The notes under the pieces: generated by a model
Told to the model about the DNA's origin: nothing
What the model saw: only the letters and a program-made list of their open reading frames with translations
The model's database searches: none
Origin: Octopus sinensis
Lineage: Eukaryota
Length of the DNA: 64,000 nucleotides
Direction of reading: 5' to 3'
Assembly (NCBI RefSeq): GCF_006345805.1
Contig: NC_043009.1
Coordinates: 51,398,001 to 51,462,000 of the forward strand
Position numbers and translations under genes: made by a program
Part shown: positions 28,429-42,834 of the stretch, piece by piece
Position numbering within the stretch: the stretch's first letter is position 1
Layout: every line of letters begins with the position of its first letter

Positions 28429-28462
<34 letters not shown>

Positions 28463-28466
<4 letters not shown>

Positions 28467-28650
28467 CGAAACAAGCATTGAGTCGAAACAGGGGCAGCTG
28501 AAGAAGGGGAATGTTCCTTGTGTTGTATGTCTTGTACTCTGTTTTTTCGTTGTGAAAAAAAAGTCCGTTTCCTTGTTTTGTTTTTATGTTTTCGTTTCTC
28601 GTTGTGTTCTACGTTTTTTTTTTTTTGTGGTGTCCTGTGCCCATATATGC
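28463..28650 (+). mobile_element. PLE-terminus-like element, family D
   Basis: Begins at a (TA)n edge with ccttcgaaac; homologous to 11430-11600. Confidence 0.4.
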
Positions 28651-28729
28651 ATGTATATATACATATAGATGCAGGTATGTACATGTATGTATGTATGTAT
28701 GCAGATGTTTTATTTATTAAATTGTTATT

Positions 28730-28768
<39 letters not shown>

Positions 28769-29211
28769 ACGAATTTGCCATTAAAACGTGTAGTGATACT
28801 ATTCCTGATAAATAGGAAATAAAAAGAAGAGTGATAAAAACAAAACCTGGCAGGCAGAGAAATATCACTAACGTTTAGGGCCCCTTCTACCCCCACCAAA
28901 ATGAATGAATAAATAAATAGTAAAATAAGTAAATAATTGAAAATAAAGGGAAGAGAACCACAAACTCACAAGTAGTCTGTAATGTTTATTTATCATGCAA
29001 AAACTTCTCGATACAATTTATAATTTACCTCTCCGCTCTAAGTGCAATTTGCAATCAATACAAACGCGATTTCAATTTGAAGATTTCACATCATCTAAGC
29101 AAACACAAAGTTACATATATACATGCAGGAAGACAGACATGCATACATATACATACATATATATATAAATACACACGCGCGCGCTCATACACACTCACAC
29201 ACGGATTCCTG

Positions 29212-29342
29212 GAACGGGCGATGCCTTGTCTTCTTGAGAAAAACACTTCATTTCACGTTGCATCAGTCCACTCGGCTGGCAAAAATGAGTAACCCTGCGA
29301 TGGACAGGCATCCTGTCCAGGTGGAGAATTTCTACGCCACTT
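29212..29342 (+). mobile_element. S3 SINE fragment (tail type 2)
   Basis: cttgagaaaaacacttcatttcacgttgcatcagtccactcggctggcaaaaatgagtaaccctgcgatggacaggcatcc. Confidence 0.65.
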
Positions 29343-29377
<35 letters not shown>

Positions 29378-29422
29378 CAAGCACATATATGTACACGGAC
29401 ATACGAACTTATATGTGTACAC

Positions 29423-29458
<36 letters not shown>

Positions 29459-29596
29459 CAATTGCAGAGTGGAAGGTGTTTATAAGCCATTTAAGAAACA
29501 CACAAAATCCGTTAGATTCACTGCAACATTTAAATTTAATTTGTCAAAATATTTTCGTCGCTTTGAGACCGCGACAAAATACCGTGCTGCATATTA

Positions 29597-30014
29597 CTCT
29601 CTCTTTAACTCTTTTACTTGTTTCAGTCATTTGACTGCGGCCATGCTGGAGCAGCGCATTTAGTCGATCAAATCGACCCCGGGACTTTATTCTTTGTAAG
29701 CCCAGTACTTATTCTATCGGTCTCTTTTGCCGAACCGCTAAGTGACGGGGACGTAAACACACCAGCATCGGTTGTCAAGCAATGCTAGGGGGACAAACAC
29801 AGACACACAAACACATACACACACATACATATATATATATATAATATATATATATACGACAGGCTTCTTTCAGTTTCCGTCTACCAAATCCACTCACAAG
29901 GCTTTGGTCGGCCCGGGGCTATAGCAGAAGACACTTGCCCAAGATGCCACGCTGTAGGACTGAACCTGCAACCATGTGGTTGGTTAGCAAGCTACTTACC
30001 ACACAGCCACTCCT
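29597..30014 (-). mobile_element. S1 SINE, full length
   Basis: Reverse complement of the complete S1 consensus. Confidence 0.9.
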
Positions 30015-30046
30015 ACAATGACATACGTACAAATATATATACATGG

Positions 30047-30113
<67 letters not shown>

Positions 30114-31596
30114 CGCGCGTGTGTGTAGTGGAGTACTCAACAAGCACCAATCAATATGGTAATCAAAGACACACACGTCACGCGCTAGATTATGGTTCAA
30201 TAAAATGCTAGTCAAGTACTGGGGACCGCTCGTCTGGCTGTCTGCCTGTTCGTTTGTTTCTCAATCTTTCTAAATCGTAACCGATTCAGAAAAAACGAGA
30301 AGAGCCACTACAAACTATACTGCTAAGACATGAAAGAGTACTGTCAAAATTAAAATTTATATATAGGTACAAATTTATGTATAGGTACATATGAGAGGCG
30401 ACTCCTGGTCTCAGAGTCATTTGGGCTTATCACAGGTTTCTTATAAGACATATTTTACGTTTTTCCGCAATATTTCTAATCCCAAATGGCCTATTTTTTT
30501 TATATCTAGCACTATGTCTTCTTCAATTTCTAAGTTAAGTATAGAAATAGAGAAACCCTACAAAACACCACTGACCTTTACGCACAAACGCACTGAGTAA
30601 CAGCAATCAAATAACGACGGTGGAGTGCACAACAAACATCAGCGATCTGGCTGTTGCCTGTACTCTTGAAAAAAAGATGCCGGTTAGTCTTTTACACCTG
30701 CCAGGCTCGTTCGTGTGAACATACTTACTAGATAATTGTAGAACGGAAATTTTTCATAGATTGGACCTTAAATCCTAATCTCTATAGAAATTTATTGTTT
30801 CAAGAAAACATTGAATTTGATTTATTTTTAATTCTTACGATACATAGATAACACCTCGGGCTGTAACTGCTGAGACCGAGTCAGGCGCGTGTGAACAATG
30901 TCAAGATAACATCTGTTACGAATGATATTTTTTTGACACAGAGCACCACTAAGGCAACTGCCAGACACTGAACAAAAATAAATGGGCTGCAACCAGGCTC
31001 AATAATAGGAGCCCGAGCTATTCACTGAAATTAAATACTTGAAAACCGTGTTGGCAGAAATGAAATCAGTTTGAAAATCACTTTACTAAATTTATACTCG
31101 GGCTAAGCCCGAAGAACTCGAATGCCAGAGTCGCCACTGGTACATATGTATATGTATTTCTACATTTATATGTATGCGCATTTATGTGTACTTTATATAT
31201 GTATATATATATATGTGTGTGTGTGTTTCTTTGTATTTAGATATACATGTATTTATATACATATTTATATATACATATGGTTAAATAAATTTATTCTCCC
31301 ATACCACTCATATATCTACACTAAGACCCAAACACACACCCAAACACTCAACGCACACACACACATATATAAATCTGTGTGCTTGTATGAATTTTTTATA
31401 TACATGTAGAGGTTGGTCTACATGTAAAGGTTGGTCTACTACGACCGAGAAACACTTGTACAATCCTGTACCACGAGCTTTTCATTGCCACTTTATCTGC
31501 TGTTAATCTGACCCTGTTATCTCTTGAATGAAGAATTTATTATACTTAACTGTGTTCGTACAGAGCTCTGTTCTTAGCATAGGATCTATATAAATT

Positions 31597-31799
31597 TCTT
31601 TTCTACTCTAAGCACAAGGTCTGAAATATATGGGACGGGGGCCAGTCGATTAGATCGATTCTAGTACTTAATTTATCGGTCCCGAAAGGTTGAAAGGCAA
31701 AGTTGACCTCCGTGGAATTTGAACTCAGAACGAAAAGACAGCCGAAACACCGCTAAATATTTCGCCCGGCGCGCTTATGTTTCTGCCGGATCGCCGCCT
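31597..31799 (-). mobile_element. S4 SINE
   Basis: ggggccagtcgattagatcg...gaatttgaactcagaacg...tctgccggatcgccgcct. Confidence 0.8.
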
Positions 31800-32478
31800 T
31801 TACTTTATATAATTCTGTTAATACACGGAGTAGCGAAAGTTACAGACCTTAACACAAAAATATCCCAGTATAGATATGTATGTATGCAGAATTACACTTA
31901 GGAGTAAAGAACGTTTTATCTTGGAAAGTATTAATGTAATTATATTTTCAAAATACCATTTTATCCACTGTTCTGATGTTGTTGTTTACATTTGTTTGTT
32001 ATTTAGGGGTCTGAAATGAACCCTTTGTTTGATGTATGATATTTCTCAAGTTATATGGAAATTAGTATAAAATTATTCTCTGATCCAATGTTTAATAGAA
32101 AAATATACGAGTAAAACTTGCATTTCCACTCGCTCTTTCTATCTACATCCCTTGATTAATTACTCTAGAAATTATTTATTAGTTAATAATGAACGGATTC
32201 AGCGGTTAATAAAGAGAATAATTCAGGAAGTAAGCCAGAGTAAAACACAGTGTGAGAGAATAAAGATAAAAGAACTGGAAATCGTGGCGGATGCAAAAGA
32301 AATGTGTGAAGGGGTATAATATGAATATAAAAGGCATACACTGCAAGCTCACGTTACGTAACTTATTGAATGCATACATCCATATATCTATATCTATATC
32401 TGTATCTATTTCTATCTATCTATCTATCTACATATATATATAAACATATGTATATATATATATGTATATATGTATGCA

Positions 32479-32511
<33 letters not shown>

Positions 32512-32686
32512 GTATGTATATACACACATATATATATATACATACATAAATACTTACATGCATGCATACATATTCTCAAGATATTCATACAACTGTACAA
32601 ATGCGCCCGTGCATCGCTGCATATAAACAAAGTCGAACTTACACACAGATATACTCACAAGTATAAAAATACTGACGCACATAAAG

Positions 32687-32720
<34 letters not shown>

Positions 32721-33089
32721 CCGCGCACATACACAAGTACAAACACATACATTCATATATGTAAATATATATATTTGTATTTTGTATTTATGTATGTATA
32801 TATATGTATTTATTTATTTATTTATTCACGTGTGTGTACATATATATGAGTTTTTCGTGTTTGTGTGTATGTGTATGTACGTATTTTCGTGCGTGGAACT
32901 GTTATCAGCATTCAAAAGCACACTGAAACTCGGGCAGGAAACGCAAAACTGGGACCTAAATGCACACTATCTGACACACACCAAACTTATGCAACACACA
33001 AATACATTTTCACAGTCATGCATAAACACGCATAGTCACCTTCACACAAGCAAACATCACAAAAGCATACATGTATACATCCCGAAGAC

Positions 33090-33120
<31 letters not shown>

Positions 33121-33185
33121 GATAGATAGATTGAGATATAGATAGATAGATATATAATTATATATATATATATGCATATATATGC

Positions 33186-33219
<34 letters not shown>

Positions 33220-33255
33220 ATACATGTATATATATATGTATGCATGAACATATAC

Positions 33256-33290
<35 letters not shown>

Positions 33291-33358
33291 TATACATATA
33301 TACACATATATATATATACGTACGTATGTATGCATGCATACACACACACACACACACA

Positions 33359-33390
<32 letters not shown>

Positions 33391-33879
33391 TAAGGACACA
33401 GAGATACACTCAACCTTACGAAAACCCATACGTGCATACATTCTTGCTAAAACACAAGCACGAAGGATTTTTCTATAATACTTTGATCTGAATCTCATCT
33501 CTGTAATATCCACAATTGAATGAAAATCTCTTTGAAGAGGAAGCACCACTGTTGTAAAGGGTTTACTTATTTAGTTGCCTGGTGGTGAATTGTTGTGTTA
33601 CTGAATAAGAGACGAAAAACAAGGTAGGAAAGAGAAGAATAGAGTAGAGGGCAGATGGATTAAAAGACTTCAGTTCGGAGACGGAAAAAAATTGCGAGTA
33701 GCAGCACAGGGACACAGAGTATATGAAAATGAGAGAGAAAAACATATGAGAGAGAGAAAGAGATAAGAGAGATAGGTGTTGAATGGGAGAGATAGACTGA
33801 GAAAGTGGGTGAAATTGGAGAAAAGCAAAACGATAGAATAAAAAAAACTCAAGTACACACACAAATATAAATATATATA

Positions 33880-34320
33880 CAGGGTGGTGCAAAAGTCAAC
33901 AGGACCGTTCTCTGCCACATTATACGAAAGATGTGCGCAGTTTTTTGGACAATACATTTCCAAGAAAGTGAATTGAACGTCAAGGACCGGTTGAATGTCC
34001 ACCAAGATATCGGATTGGAGTCGTTTAGATTTTTTCTTATGGGGACATCTTAAATTAGTGGTTTATGCTAAGAGACCAAGAACATGACAAGCACTAACAG
34101 TTAACATCACACATGAAATTGAAATCATAGGAGGGAATAACACTATGCTGAGAAATGTGGAAAGATCATGCGTCTCCCGAGTATGGAAGAAGGTGGAAAT
34201 CAGTTTGAACACTTATTGTCAACCGTCAATTGTAATATAATAAATTGCTTATGGGTCCAAATGTTTGCACAGTAGGTGGTTGAAATCAGTTCGAACACTT
34301 ATTGAAAACCGTAAATTGTT
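33880..34320 (+). mobile_element. Tc1/mariner-superfamily deletion derivative
   Basis: TA|CAGGGTG terminus; FLDNTFPRK*IERQGPVECPPR and RLDFFLWGHLKLVVYAKRPRT (WPPRSPDL..LDFFLWG.LK..VY motif). Confidence 0.7.
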
Positions 34321-34615
34321 TCCTTATGACCGAAACAAGTAAAAGATGAAACATTAAAAAGACATGACAAGAACATTCGTTAAAACGAATTCATGAATAT
34401 AATAACGCGTGTACGTATATTGATGGAATTTAAATGAATAAAAATGAGAAAAATAAGAAATAAAAATGTCCGGTAAATGAGAATTAACTGAAAACAGACG
34501 TTATCTACCATACAATTTTATTGACAGGGATAAACACAAATTTACTGTAATTACAGGCTCGATGTTCTGAATCGGATTTATAGTGCACTGTCACACATCT
34601 TGTAATGTACGAAAA

Positions 34616-35004
34616 GTGGAGGCGCAATGGCCCAGTGGTTAGGGCAGCGGATCGCGGTCATAGGATCGCGGTTTCGATTCCCAGACCGGGCGTTGTGAGT
34701 GTTTATTGAGCGAAAACACCTAAAAGCTCCACGAGGCTCCGGCAGGGGATGGTGGTCATCCCTGCTGTACTCTTTCACCACAACTTTCTCTCACTCTTAC
34801 TTCCTGTTTCTGTTGTACCTGTATTTCAAAGGGCCGGCCTTGACACTCTCTGTGTCACGCTGAATATCCCCGAGAACTACGTTAAGGGTACACGTGTCTG
34901 TGGAGTGCTCAGCCACTTACACGTTAATTTCACGAGCAGGCTGTTCCGTTGATTCGGATCAACCGGAACCCTCGTCGTCGAAACCGACGGAGTACTTCCA
35001 TTCC
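34616..35004 (+). mobile_element. S2 SINE (tail type 3) with 12-bp TSD AATGTACGAAAA
   Basis: TSD at 34604-34615 and 35005-35016. The tail ends ccctcgtcgtcgaaaccgacggagt, as in the S3 copy at 4654. Confidence 0.9.
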
Positions 35005-35368
35005 AATGTACGAAAAACGAGAATGAGCGTAACAAACCAGTTGAAGAGTATTTGGAAGTTACGGCGGTGGGAATAATCTATAGAAAGAACAATCGGGTGA
35101 TATTAAATAACGCAACTTTTGCGTAAATGATTCTGTTGATTCCGTGGCATGTTGTTGTACGACTCACCACCCACTCACCGCTTTACCGAAAGAATACTTT
35201 GTTTCGCGATAGGTATGTTTAGTAAAAGTTTAAAATGTGATATTATCTCGTTACAGACACAAGAATAGACTCATTGTTGTCCAAAAACATAATGAGAGAA
35301 GAATCTCTGAAACGCATTAGTTAAGTAACGAAGAACGATAATAGCATTATAACGATACCGGATATAAT

Positions 35369-35659
35369 CACCGTGACCGACCAGGCTATCAGATGTTGCT
35401 ACACATCACTGGTCACAATGCGCTTCGCATTGTTTTAGCCTTCAAATGACGCCACCCCGCTGGCTAAGCGAGCAGGCTAACAGAAGAGTGAAAGAAAGTT
35501 GTGGCGAAAGAGTACAGCAGGGATCGGCATCACCCCCTGCCGAACCCTCGTGGAGCTTTAGGTGTTTTCGCTCAATAAACACTCACAACGCCCGGTCTGG
35601 GAATCGAAACCGCGATCCTACCACCGCGAGCCCTAACCACTGGGCCATTGCGTCTCCAT
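35369..35659 (-). mobile_element. S2 SINE (tail type 1) with 10-bp TSD CGGATATAAT
   Basis: TSD at 35359-35368 and 35660-35669. Confidence 0.9.
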
Positions 35660-35771
35660 CGGATATAATAACCTAAGAAACTAAATTGATATTTATGAAC
35701 AGAAGAAAAATAAGAAGAGATATCCTGCAGGCAACAAAAGTATGACCATCTTTTCAAATTTTATAAAAAGT

Positions 35772-36145
35772 CGTGGCTGTGTGTTAAGAAGCTTGCTTCC
35801 CAACTACATAGTTCCGGGTTCAGTCCCACAGCAAGCCACCTTGAACGAGTGTCTTCAAATATAACGCTGGGATGACCAAAGCACTGTGAGTGGATTTGGT
35901 ACACGGAAGCTGAAAGAAGACCGTCGTATATGTATACATGTATGTATACTTATATGTGTGTGTGTGTGGTGTGTGTGCTTGTCTCCCACCCATCGCTTAA
36001 CAACCGATTTGAGTGTGTTTACGTCCCTGTAACTTAGAGGTTCGGCATAAGTGACCGATAGTATAAGTACTGGGTTTACAAGGCGGTACTCCAGTATGGC
36101 TGCAGTCAAATGAATGCAACAAGTAAATGAATAAAAGACTAAAAG
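35772..36145 (+). mobile_element. S1 SINE, diverged
   Basis: gtggctgtgtgttaagaagcttgcttcc...ggatttggtacacggaagctgaaagaag...ggtactccagtatggctgcagtcaaatg. Confidence 0.8.
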
Positions 36146-36804
36146 AAGTAGAAATTGGAAGAACAAAATGAACAATAATTTGAATGGCCCTGCGTGGAGA
36201 TATACTATGGCACTACTAGACACACGCCATGCCGAGCGCGTTCAGATTTGTAACACAAAAACCTTTTAAATAATCTACATATGAAAAGCGTTCACGAAGC
36301 ATAATTGCTACCAATTAACATTGAAATGGTCGATAAAACGGAGAATAAGACAAGAAGAAATATCAGAATAGCGTTAAAATATAAGTATAGAATCGGTCAT
36401 GAAAAAATAAGAGCGTTATAAAGAAAAACAAACCCATTTTATGTTCATTTTCACGAGAAAGCGACAATTTCACACACTTGGCGTGGAACTCTAATCATGA
36501 TTGTGAGTATCTATGGAAAAAGATAATATAAGGAGCTCTTTTCCTTCGGTGTTACTTGAATATTCTCCATGAAAACTCCGGGGTTGAATAAATGTACGTA
36601 CATACATACATACTTATATATATGAACATATACAAACAGACATATATTCATACGTATATATGTAGGTATTTATACATACGTGCATACACACATACACATA
36701 TACACGAATACATACATACATACACACACACACATACATACATACATACATACATACATACATACATACATAATACATACATAATACATACATACATACA
36801 TACA

Positions 36805-36837
<33 letters not shown>

Positions 36838-37692
36838 GGACATACATATACATTTATACAATTACATGCATGTAAACGAATGTGCTTCGGAGTGAGAGGA
36901 ACAGTGACCGAGAGAGAGATAGAGAGACAGACAGACACAGAGGGAGACAGAGAGAAAGAGAATGATCGAGATACGAGGAGAGAGAGTGAGAGACCGAGAG
37001 AGAGGGAGAGAGATGGATCGAGAGACGGTGAGACAGAGGGAGGGAGAGAGAGGGAGGGAGAGAGAGGGAGGGAGAGAGAGGAAGAACAGTTGAGTTCGAC
37101 GAACGGAAACAGAAACAAAGAGATTTTTAGAGAAATGAACAAGATAACAAATAATAATAAAAAAAAGTTTTCTGTGGGGAATTGATAACGAAAGAGATAA
37201 AGGCAAATAAGGAGGATAAATTCTCAAAAAATGATTTGAAAATCATGCAAAATATATGTCAGAAAATATAAGAGGAAATAGAAAGAACATAGACTGCAAA
37301 CGCAATGCACAAGCACTCACACACAGATACACACACACACATACACATACAGAAGCACACATATGTATGTCCGTGCGTGTGACAGGATACATATTTATAA
37401 ATCTGTGTGTATATATGCATATATATGTGTGTGTGGGTGTATGTGTGTGTGTGTATATATATAGATGTATGTATATGTATATATGTATATATAAGTATAA
37501 GTATATATATGTGCGTATATATATATATACATGCATACACACACAAACACACATATGTGCGCGTATGTGTGTATTGATATGCAAACATGTGCGTATTTAT
37601 ATATATATATGTTATACATGTATACCTACATAGTACAATATATACATACACAATATACATATATATATATATTATATATTATATATAATATA

Positions 37693-37775
<83 letters not shown>

Positions 37776-38397
37776 CATATGTAATTTATATTCATGCACA
37801 CATATGTATAATTCGCATCCATATACGAGATATTTAAGGAATTATCCTGCGTGTGGGTAGCTGTATGAATACATCAAGAAGTTAATACGTTATTAGTAAA
37901 GATAAAATGAGAAATAAGAAAAAAAAAATCTTACAATCTCTCCAACACAGGGATTTCAGTACACATGAAATTATAGATGCTAAATATATGAAAAATATCC
38001 TTGGTAAATTTTTGAAGGGGATATGATGAAAGATATTTCGTTTGGCCAAACTTAGTACTTATTGCACAGACATGGGAAATATTTTGATAGAAAAACTTTC
38101 ATAAGTTAGGGCAACGTAGAACGTGATAATACGAGATAAATCAGGAACGTTGCAAAAACTTGATTGGCGTATCAATATATGTACGACTGTGGTTACTATT
38201 GTAAACGTCTGTGTGTATTTCCGTATACACACGCACGCACACACACATACACACACACACACATATATATTTAAATATCTATGCAAAAGTATATATATCC
38301 AAGTATGTATGTATACATATATATATATGTGTGTATACATATATATATAACCAAATATCTACGTACATATATATATATAATATATATATATATTATA

Positions 38398-38560
38398 TGC
38401 GTCGGAGTGTCTGGTGTGGTAAGTAGCATTCCTACGAACCGCACGGTTCCGGGTTCAGTTCAACAGCGTGGCGGCTTGGGCAAGTGTCTTCTGCTATAGC
38501 CTCGGGCAGACCAAATCTTGTTGAGTGGATTTGGTAGACGGAAACTGAAAGAAGCCCGTC

Positions 38561-38601
<41 letters not shown>

Positions 38602-38620
38602 TATATATATAATATATTAG

Positions 38621-38700
<80 letters not shown>

Positions 38701-38893
38701 ATACATATATGTATGTGTATGTATATGTTTGTGTGTCTGTGTTTGTCCCTCCAACATGGTTCGGCAAAAAGAGACCGATGGAATAAGAACTAGGCTTACA
38801 TAGAATCTGTCCTGGGGTCGATTTGCTCGACTAAAGGCGGTGCTCCAGCATGGCCACAGTCAAATGACTGAAACAAGTAAAAGAGTAAAAGAG
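38398..38893 (+). mobile_element. S1 SINE with a long internal (TA)n
   Basis: Head, core and tail all match S1. Confidence 0.85.
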
Positions 38894-39644
38894 TGTATAT
38901 ATATTATATATATATATATTTATATATACTTATATACATGCTGCAAAGTGTAAATAGTGGAAGGTAGGGTATGCACCTAGGTAGTGGAATCTAGCATCAG
39001 GTAAGCGAGATATGATGATCCCAGAATGCTAGCGACGACACAACAGATTTTAAATTTTTATGCGCGTGAATTACATAAACAGAAATTTTGTATATCTAAT
39101 ATAGCGCACAAAGAAATATATAATTCCCGCTTAACTTACGTCTCAGAATAATAGCAATTTGCTATGATTAATCACCATATCAGTCGCTGTTGAAATAGAG
39201 GCAATTACCACTTCAGTCATAAATTATATTAGCTGCTGATATCGCGATCAAAATCATTAAAACAAAAGTTCAGTATGAATATCATGGAAATAAAAGACAA
39301 ATTCATTTAACTTATTATGTTCAAAGAAATATGCCTTTTTCGGTCATTTACTGATTAAGGATAATTTAATGCCAATATATTTTCGGAAGTTTGATTTCTT
39401 ATATGACAAATACTTGACCTTTTGCCGCTACGTTTTTACTACGTTTTTGTGTATTCCCAACATTTGTTTTACACTTCTCCTTACTCAACTCCCTTCTATC
39501 TACCTTTCACTGTATCCAGCAAAGCTTTAAAATTATTTCATAGAATGTCACAAATTCTAACATAATAGGATTTTCATTACATATATATATATAATATATA
39601 TATACGTGGTGTGTGTGTGTGTGTGTATTTAGTATGTATGTATG

Positions 39645-39688
<44 letters not shown>

Positions 39689-40463
39689 TATACAATACAT
39701 GCCCACGTACACACGCACGCAAACACACACACACATATATATATATTGAAATATTTATGCAAACATGTATATATCCAACTATACATGTATGTAATATATT
39801 ATATTATCCAAATATCTATGTATGTACATATATATATATATATATGTGTGTGTGTCTGTGTGTATAAAAACACTAGGGTATATAGTGTCAGTAGGTTATA
39901 ATACCACATACTAAAATCAGAGGCAAGGCTTGCAATGCACCGTAATACCAATTGATTTCAATACCAATTGATTTCACCCTCTGTATGACCAACATACTCC
40001 GGAATCTTCGGTTTAAAATAACATTTTAACATCTATTTCTAAAATATTCACTACATTAGCTCGTGTGCGTTTCTTATTTTAAACGTACCGCTCATTTTAT
40101 CGTGAGGAATAATAAATTTAAAAGTTAGAAATTTAAAATTTAGAAATAAATGTTAAAATGTTATTTTCAGCTGAAGATCCCAGGTATGTCGGTCATACAG
40201 AGGGTGGAATCAATTTGTATTGGAATATGCATTACTTACTGATGTATTCAACGCAAAGGTAAGACTATTTCTCATACGTTCCTTGTATTGCTCGTGTGTG
40301 TCTTTATTGTGGGTTTATGGTGGTTTTCGAGCCTTGGCTCTGATTTTAGCAAGTCGTATTATTTGCCCTATCGATTCTAAATTGGCTTTATATCGTGCCT
40401 GCAACGGTGTGAACTTGCTGACTAACTTATTATTGATATCATTAATAACGGCAATAATACACG

Positions 40464-41115
40464 AGGAGTGGCTGTGGGGTAAATAGCTTGCTTACCAACT
40501 ACATGGCTTCTGGTTCAGCCGCACTGAATGGAACCTTGTGCAAGTGTCTTCTACTATAGCCTCGGGCCGACCAAAGCCTTGTCAGTGAATTTGGTTGACG
40601 GAAACTGAAAGAAGCTTGTTATTTATATATATATGTATATGCATATGTATGTATATGTGTGTATATGTATGTGTTTGTATGTCTGTGTTTGCCCCCTCCC
40701 AAACATCACTTGACAACCAATGTTGGTGAGTTTACGTTCCCTTAACCTTAGCGATTCTGCAAAAGTGACTGATAGAATAAGTACTAGGCTTACAAAGAAT
40801 AAGTCCTCTTGTCGATTTGCTCGACTAAAGGCGATGCTCCAGCATGGCTGCAGTTAAATGATTGAAGCATTTAAAAGAATATAAGAATATATATATATGT
40901 ATAAAATATTTCCTCTCCTCCTTATTATAACGCACGCACAAACACACACACACCGAAATACGTCGGGCTTCTCTCAGTTTCCGTCTACCAAATTCACTCA
41001 TAAGGCTTTCGATGGCCCGAGGCTTTACTAGAAGACATTTACTCAAGGTATCACGCAGTGAGACTGAACCCTCAACCCAGAAATACATGGTTGGGAAGCC
41101 AACTTCTTACTACAT
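40464..41115. mobile_element. S1 SINE (+, 40464-40888) followed by an inverted S1 head (-, 40961-41115)
   Basis: gacggaaactgaaagaagc (+) versus gggcttctctcagtttccgtc (-). Confidence 0.8.
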
Positions 41116-41551
41116 GATCATTCTTTTGTCTTTAATTTGCTGTATTGTATTTGAAACTGTACTTTAATGCATTCTAAAACAATTCATCAATGGAAACACG
41201 TTGACATTTCTACTATTAAACAGCGAGTTAGAGAATGCAGCTGTCTCTACAATGGTAGCCAAAAGCTACGCTATCGTCAAATCTATAATATTTGAAAGAA
41301 GTTTAGATGTGTTCAAGTGAATGCATGACTGTGTATGTATATGAGTGAACTGTGAGCGAGCGTGTCTTAATTTCTGTGAGACAGTGTCTGTTTCACTAGT
41401 TCAAATCATACAGGGTGTATGTTGCGCTGAAAGATTTGAGTTATAAGTTTCTTTCTCATAGCTGCGAAAGGAGTTGGCAGTTCTAAATATAACAAAAACA
41501 AGAGCAACAGCAACAACAACAGCAACAACCACAACAACAATAATAATAATA

Positions 41552-41697
41552 ACCCTTTCTACTATAGGCAAAAAGTTTGAAATTTTGGGGACGGGGTACT
41601 GGATTACATTGACCTCAGTGTTTTACTGCTACTTAATTTATCGAACCCGAAAGGATGAATAGCAAGTTCACCTCGGCGGAATTCAAACTCTAAACTT
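41552..41697 (-). mobile_element. S4 SINE fragment
   Basis: aatttatcgaacccgaaaggatgaatagcaagttcacctcggcggaattcaaactc. Confidence 0.6.
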
Positions 41698-41738
41698 AAA
41701 ATAATAATACTTAGTATGGATTATTATCATTATCAATA

Positions 41739-41802
<64 letters not shown>

Positions 41803-42410
41803 GATGGAGAGAGCAGTGGCAGTGGAGTAAAATATACGAAGCTAAGAATACCCATCATGACTACTCGTCTGATAAGGGTACACCAGGCACACGCATCACA
41901 ATCATATGTACGCGACTTGGAGATCTCATATAGAGATAAACAGTTCATGACCTTGCAGGTGGGGCTCAGTTACAATTTTGTTCGGGTGAAGTAGCCCATC
42001 CTACTAAAAAGATCCTTGAATAAGGGTTGCTTAAGGATGTTGAACAATACACCCATGTTTCCAGAGATAAATATCCAAATCCCAAAGAATTTCTTTCAAA
42101 ACATGGCTATGATTATCCCTGTGATCAGAGGTGCACATCGTCAGCCACTGAGGGATATGCTCAATTGGTTAAAGTCATACAACTGACAAGCAAATCTGTG
42201 GTATTGAGCAGAATATTTGCTGTAGCCCATCTTTTATACCAAGATAAAACAATGTACATGATAACACTTCCAATCAGTTAAGATAAGAAGCCGTGAGAGC
42301 CACTGCCAGGTACTGCATCACTCTTCTCCTTCTTCTTCTTCTTCTTCTTCTTCTTCTTCTTCTTCTTCTTCTTCTTCTTCTTCTTCTTCTTCTTCTTCTT
42401 CTTCTTCTTC

Positions 42411-42598
42411 CGGGTTGCGGATCCGTGGAATAAGCTGCCGGACGAGATGGTGAAGATGCCGACGACCGCTCAGTTCAAAGTCTCCCTTGACCACAAGTGG
42501 TCTGAACTCTTTACATGAACACCACCCTGTACATAACTCCATGTCCCCCCTACATGGCCTTGCTTTTTGCTTTTAGAGCCAAAAAATTAACTAACTAA
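42411..42598 (+). mobile_element. CR1-like LINE 3' end
   Basis: RVADPWNKLPDEMVKMPTTAQFKVSLDHKWSELFT* (WN.LP...FK..LD motif), short UTR, (TAAC)n tail. Confidence 0.75.
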
Positions 42599-42834
42599 AT
42601 AAATAAATAACTTCTCCTCGTCTTCTTCTTCTTCTTCTTCTTCTTCTTCTTCTTCTTCTTCTTCTTCTTCTTCTTCTTCTTCTTCTTCTTCTTCTTCTTC
42701 TTCTTCTTCTTCTTCTTCGTCTTCTTCTTCTTAATATCATCATCATCATCCTCATCATCATCAGCATTTTTTTCTGTCCTTGGTATCCATTTTCTTCATT
42801 TCTCTCTTTTGCCATTTTATAATTCCTGCTCCAT

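Larger units (their letters stand above)
27781..28430. mobile_element. (TA)n-flanked PLE-terminus-like element (family E) with a 5' fold-back; arms 27781-28026 and 28040-28282, 13-nt loop
   Basis: Arms are reverse complements (...cgaaactgtttatcag gtaaaataggtaa ctgataaacagtttcg...); (TA)n on both sides. Confidence 0.85.

Noticed and set aside
30849-30930. Possible plus-strand exon ITPRAVTAETESGACEQCQDNICYE*
   Set aside because: Only a weak acceptor, no partner exons and no recognisable homology.
41803-42319. Block between the (ATT)n and (CTT)n tracts as a classified element
   Set aside because: It looks like an interspersed repeat, but it is single-copy in this window and has no diagnostic motif, so it was left unclassified.
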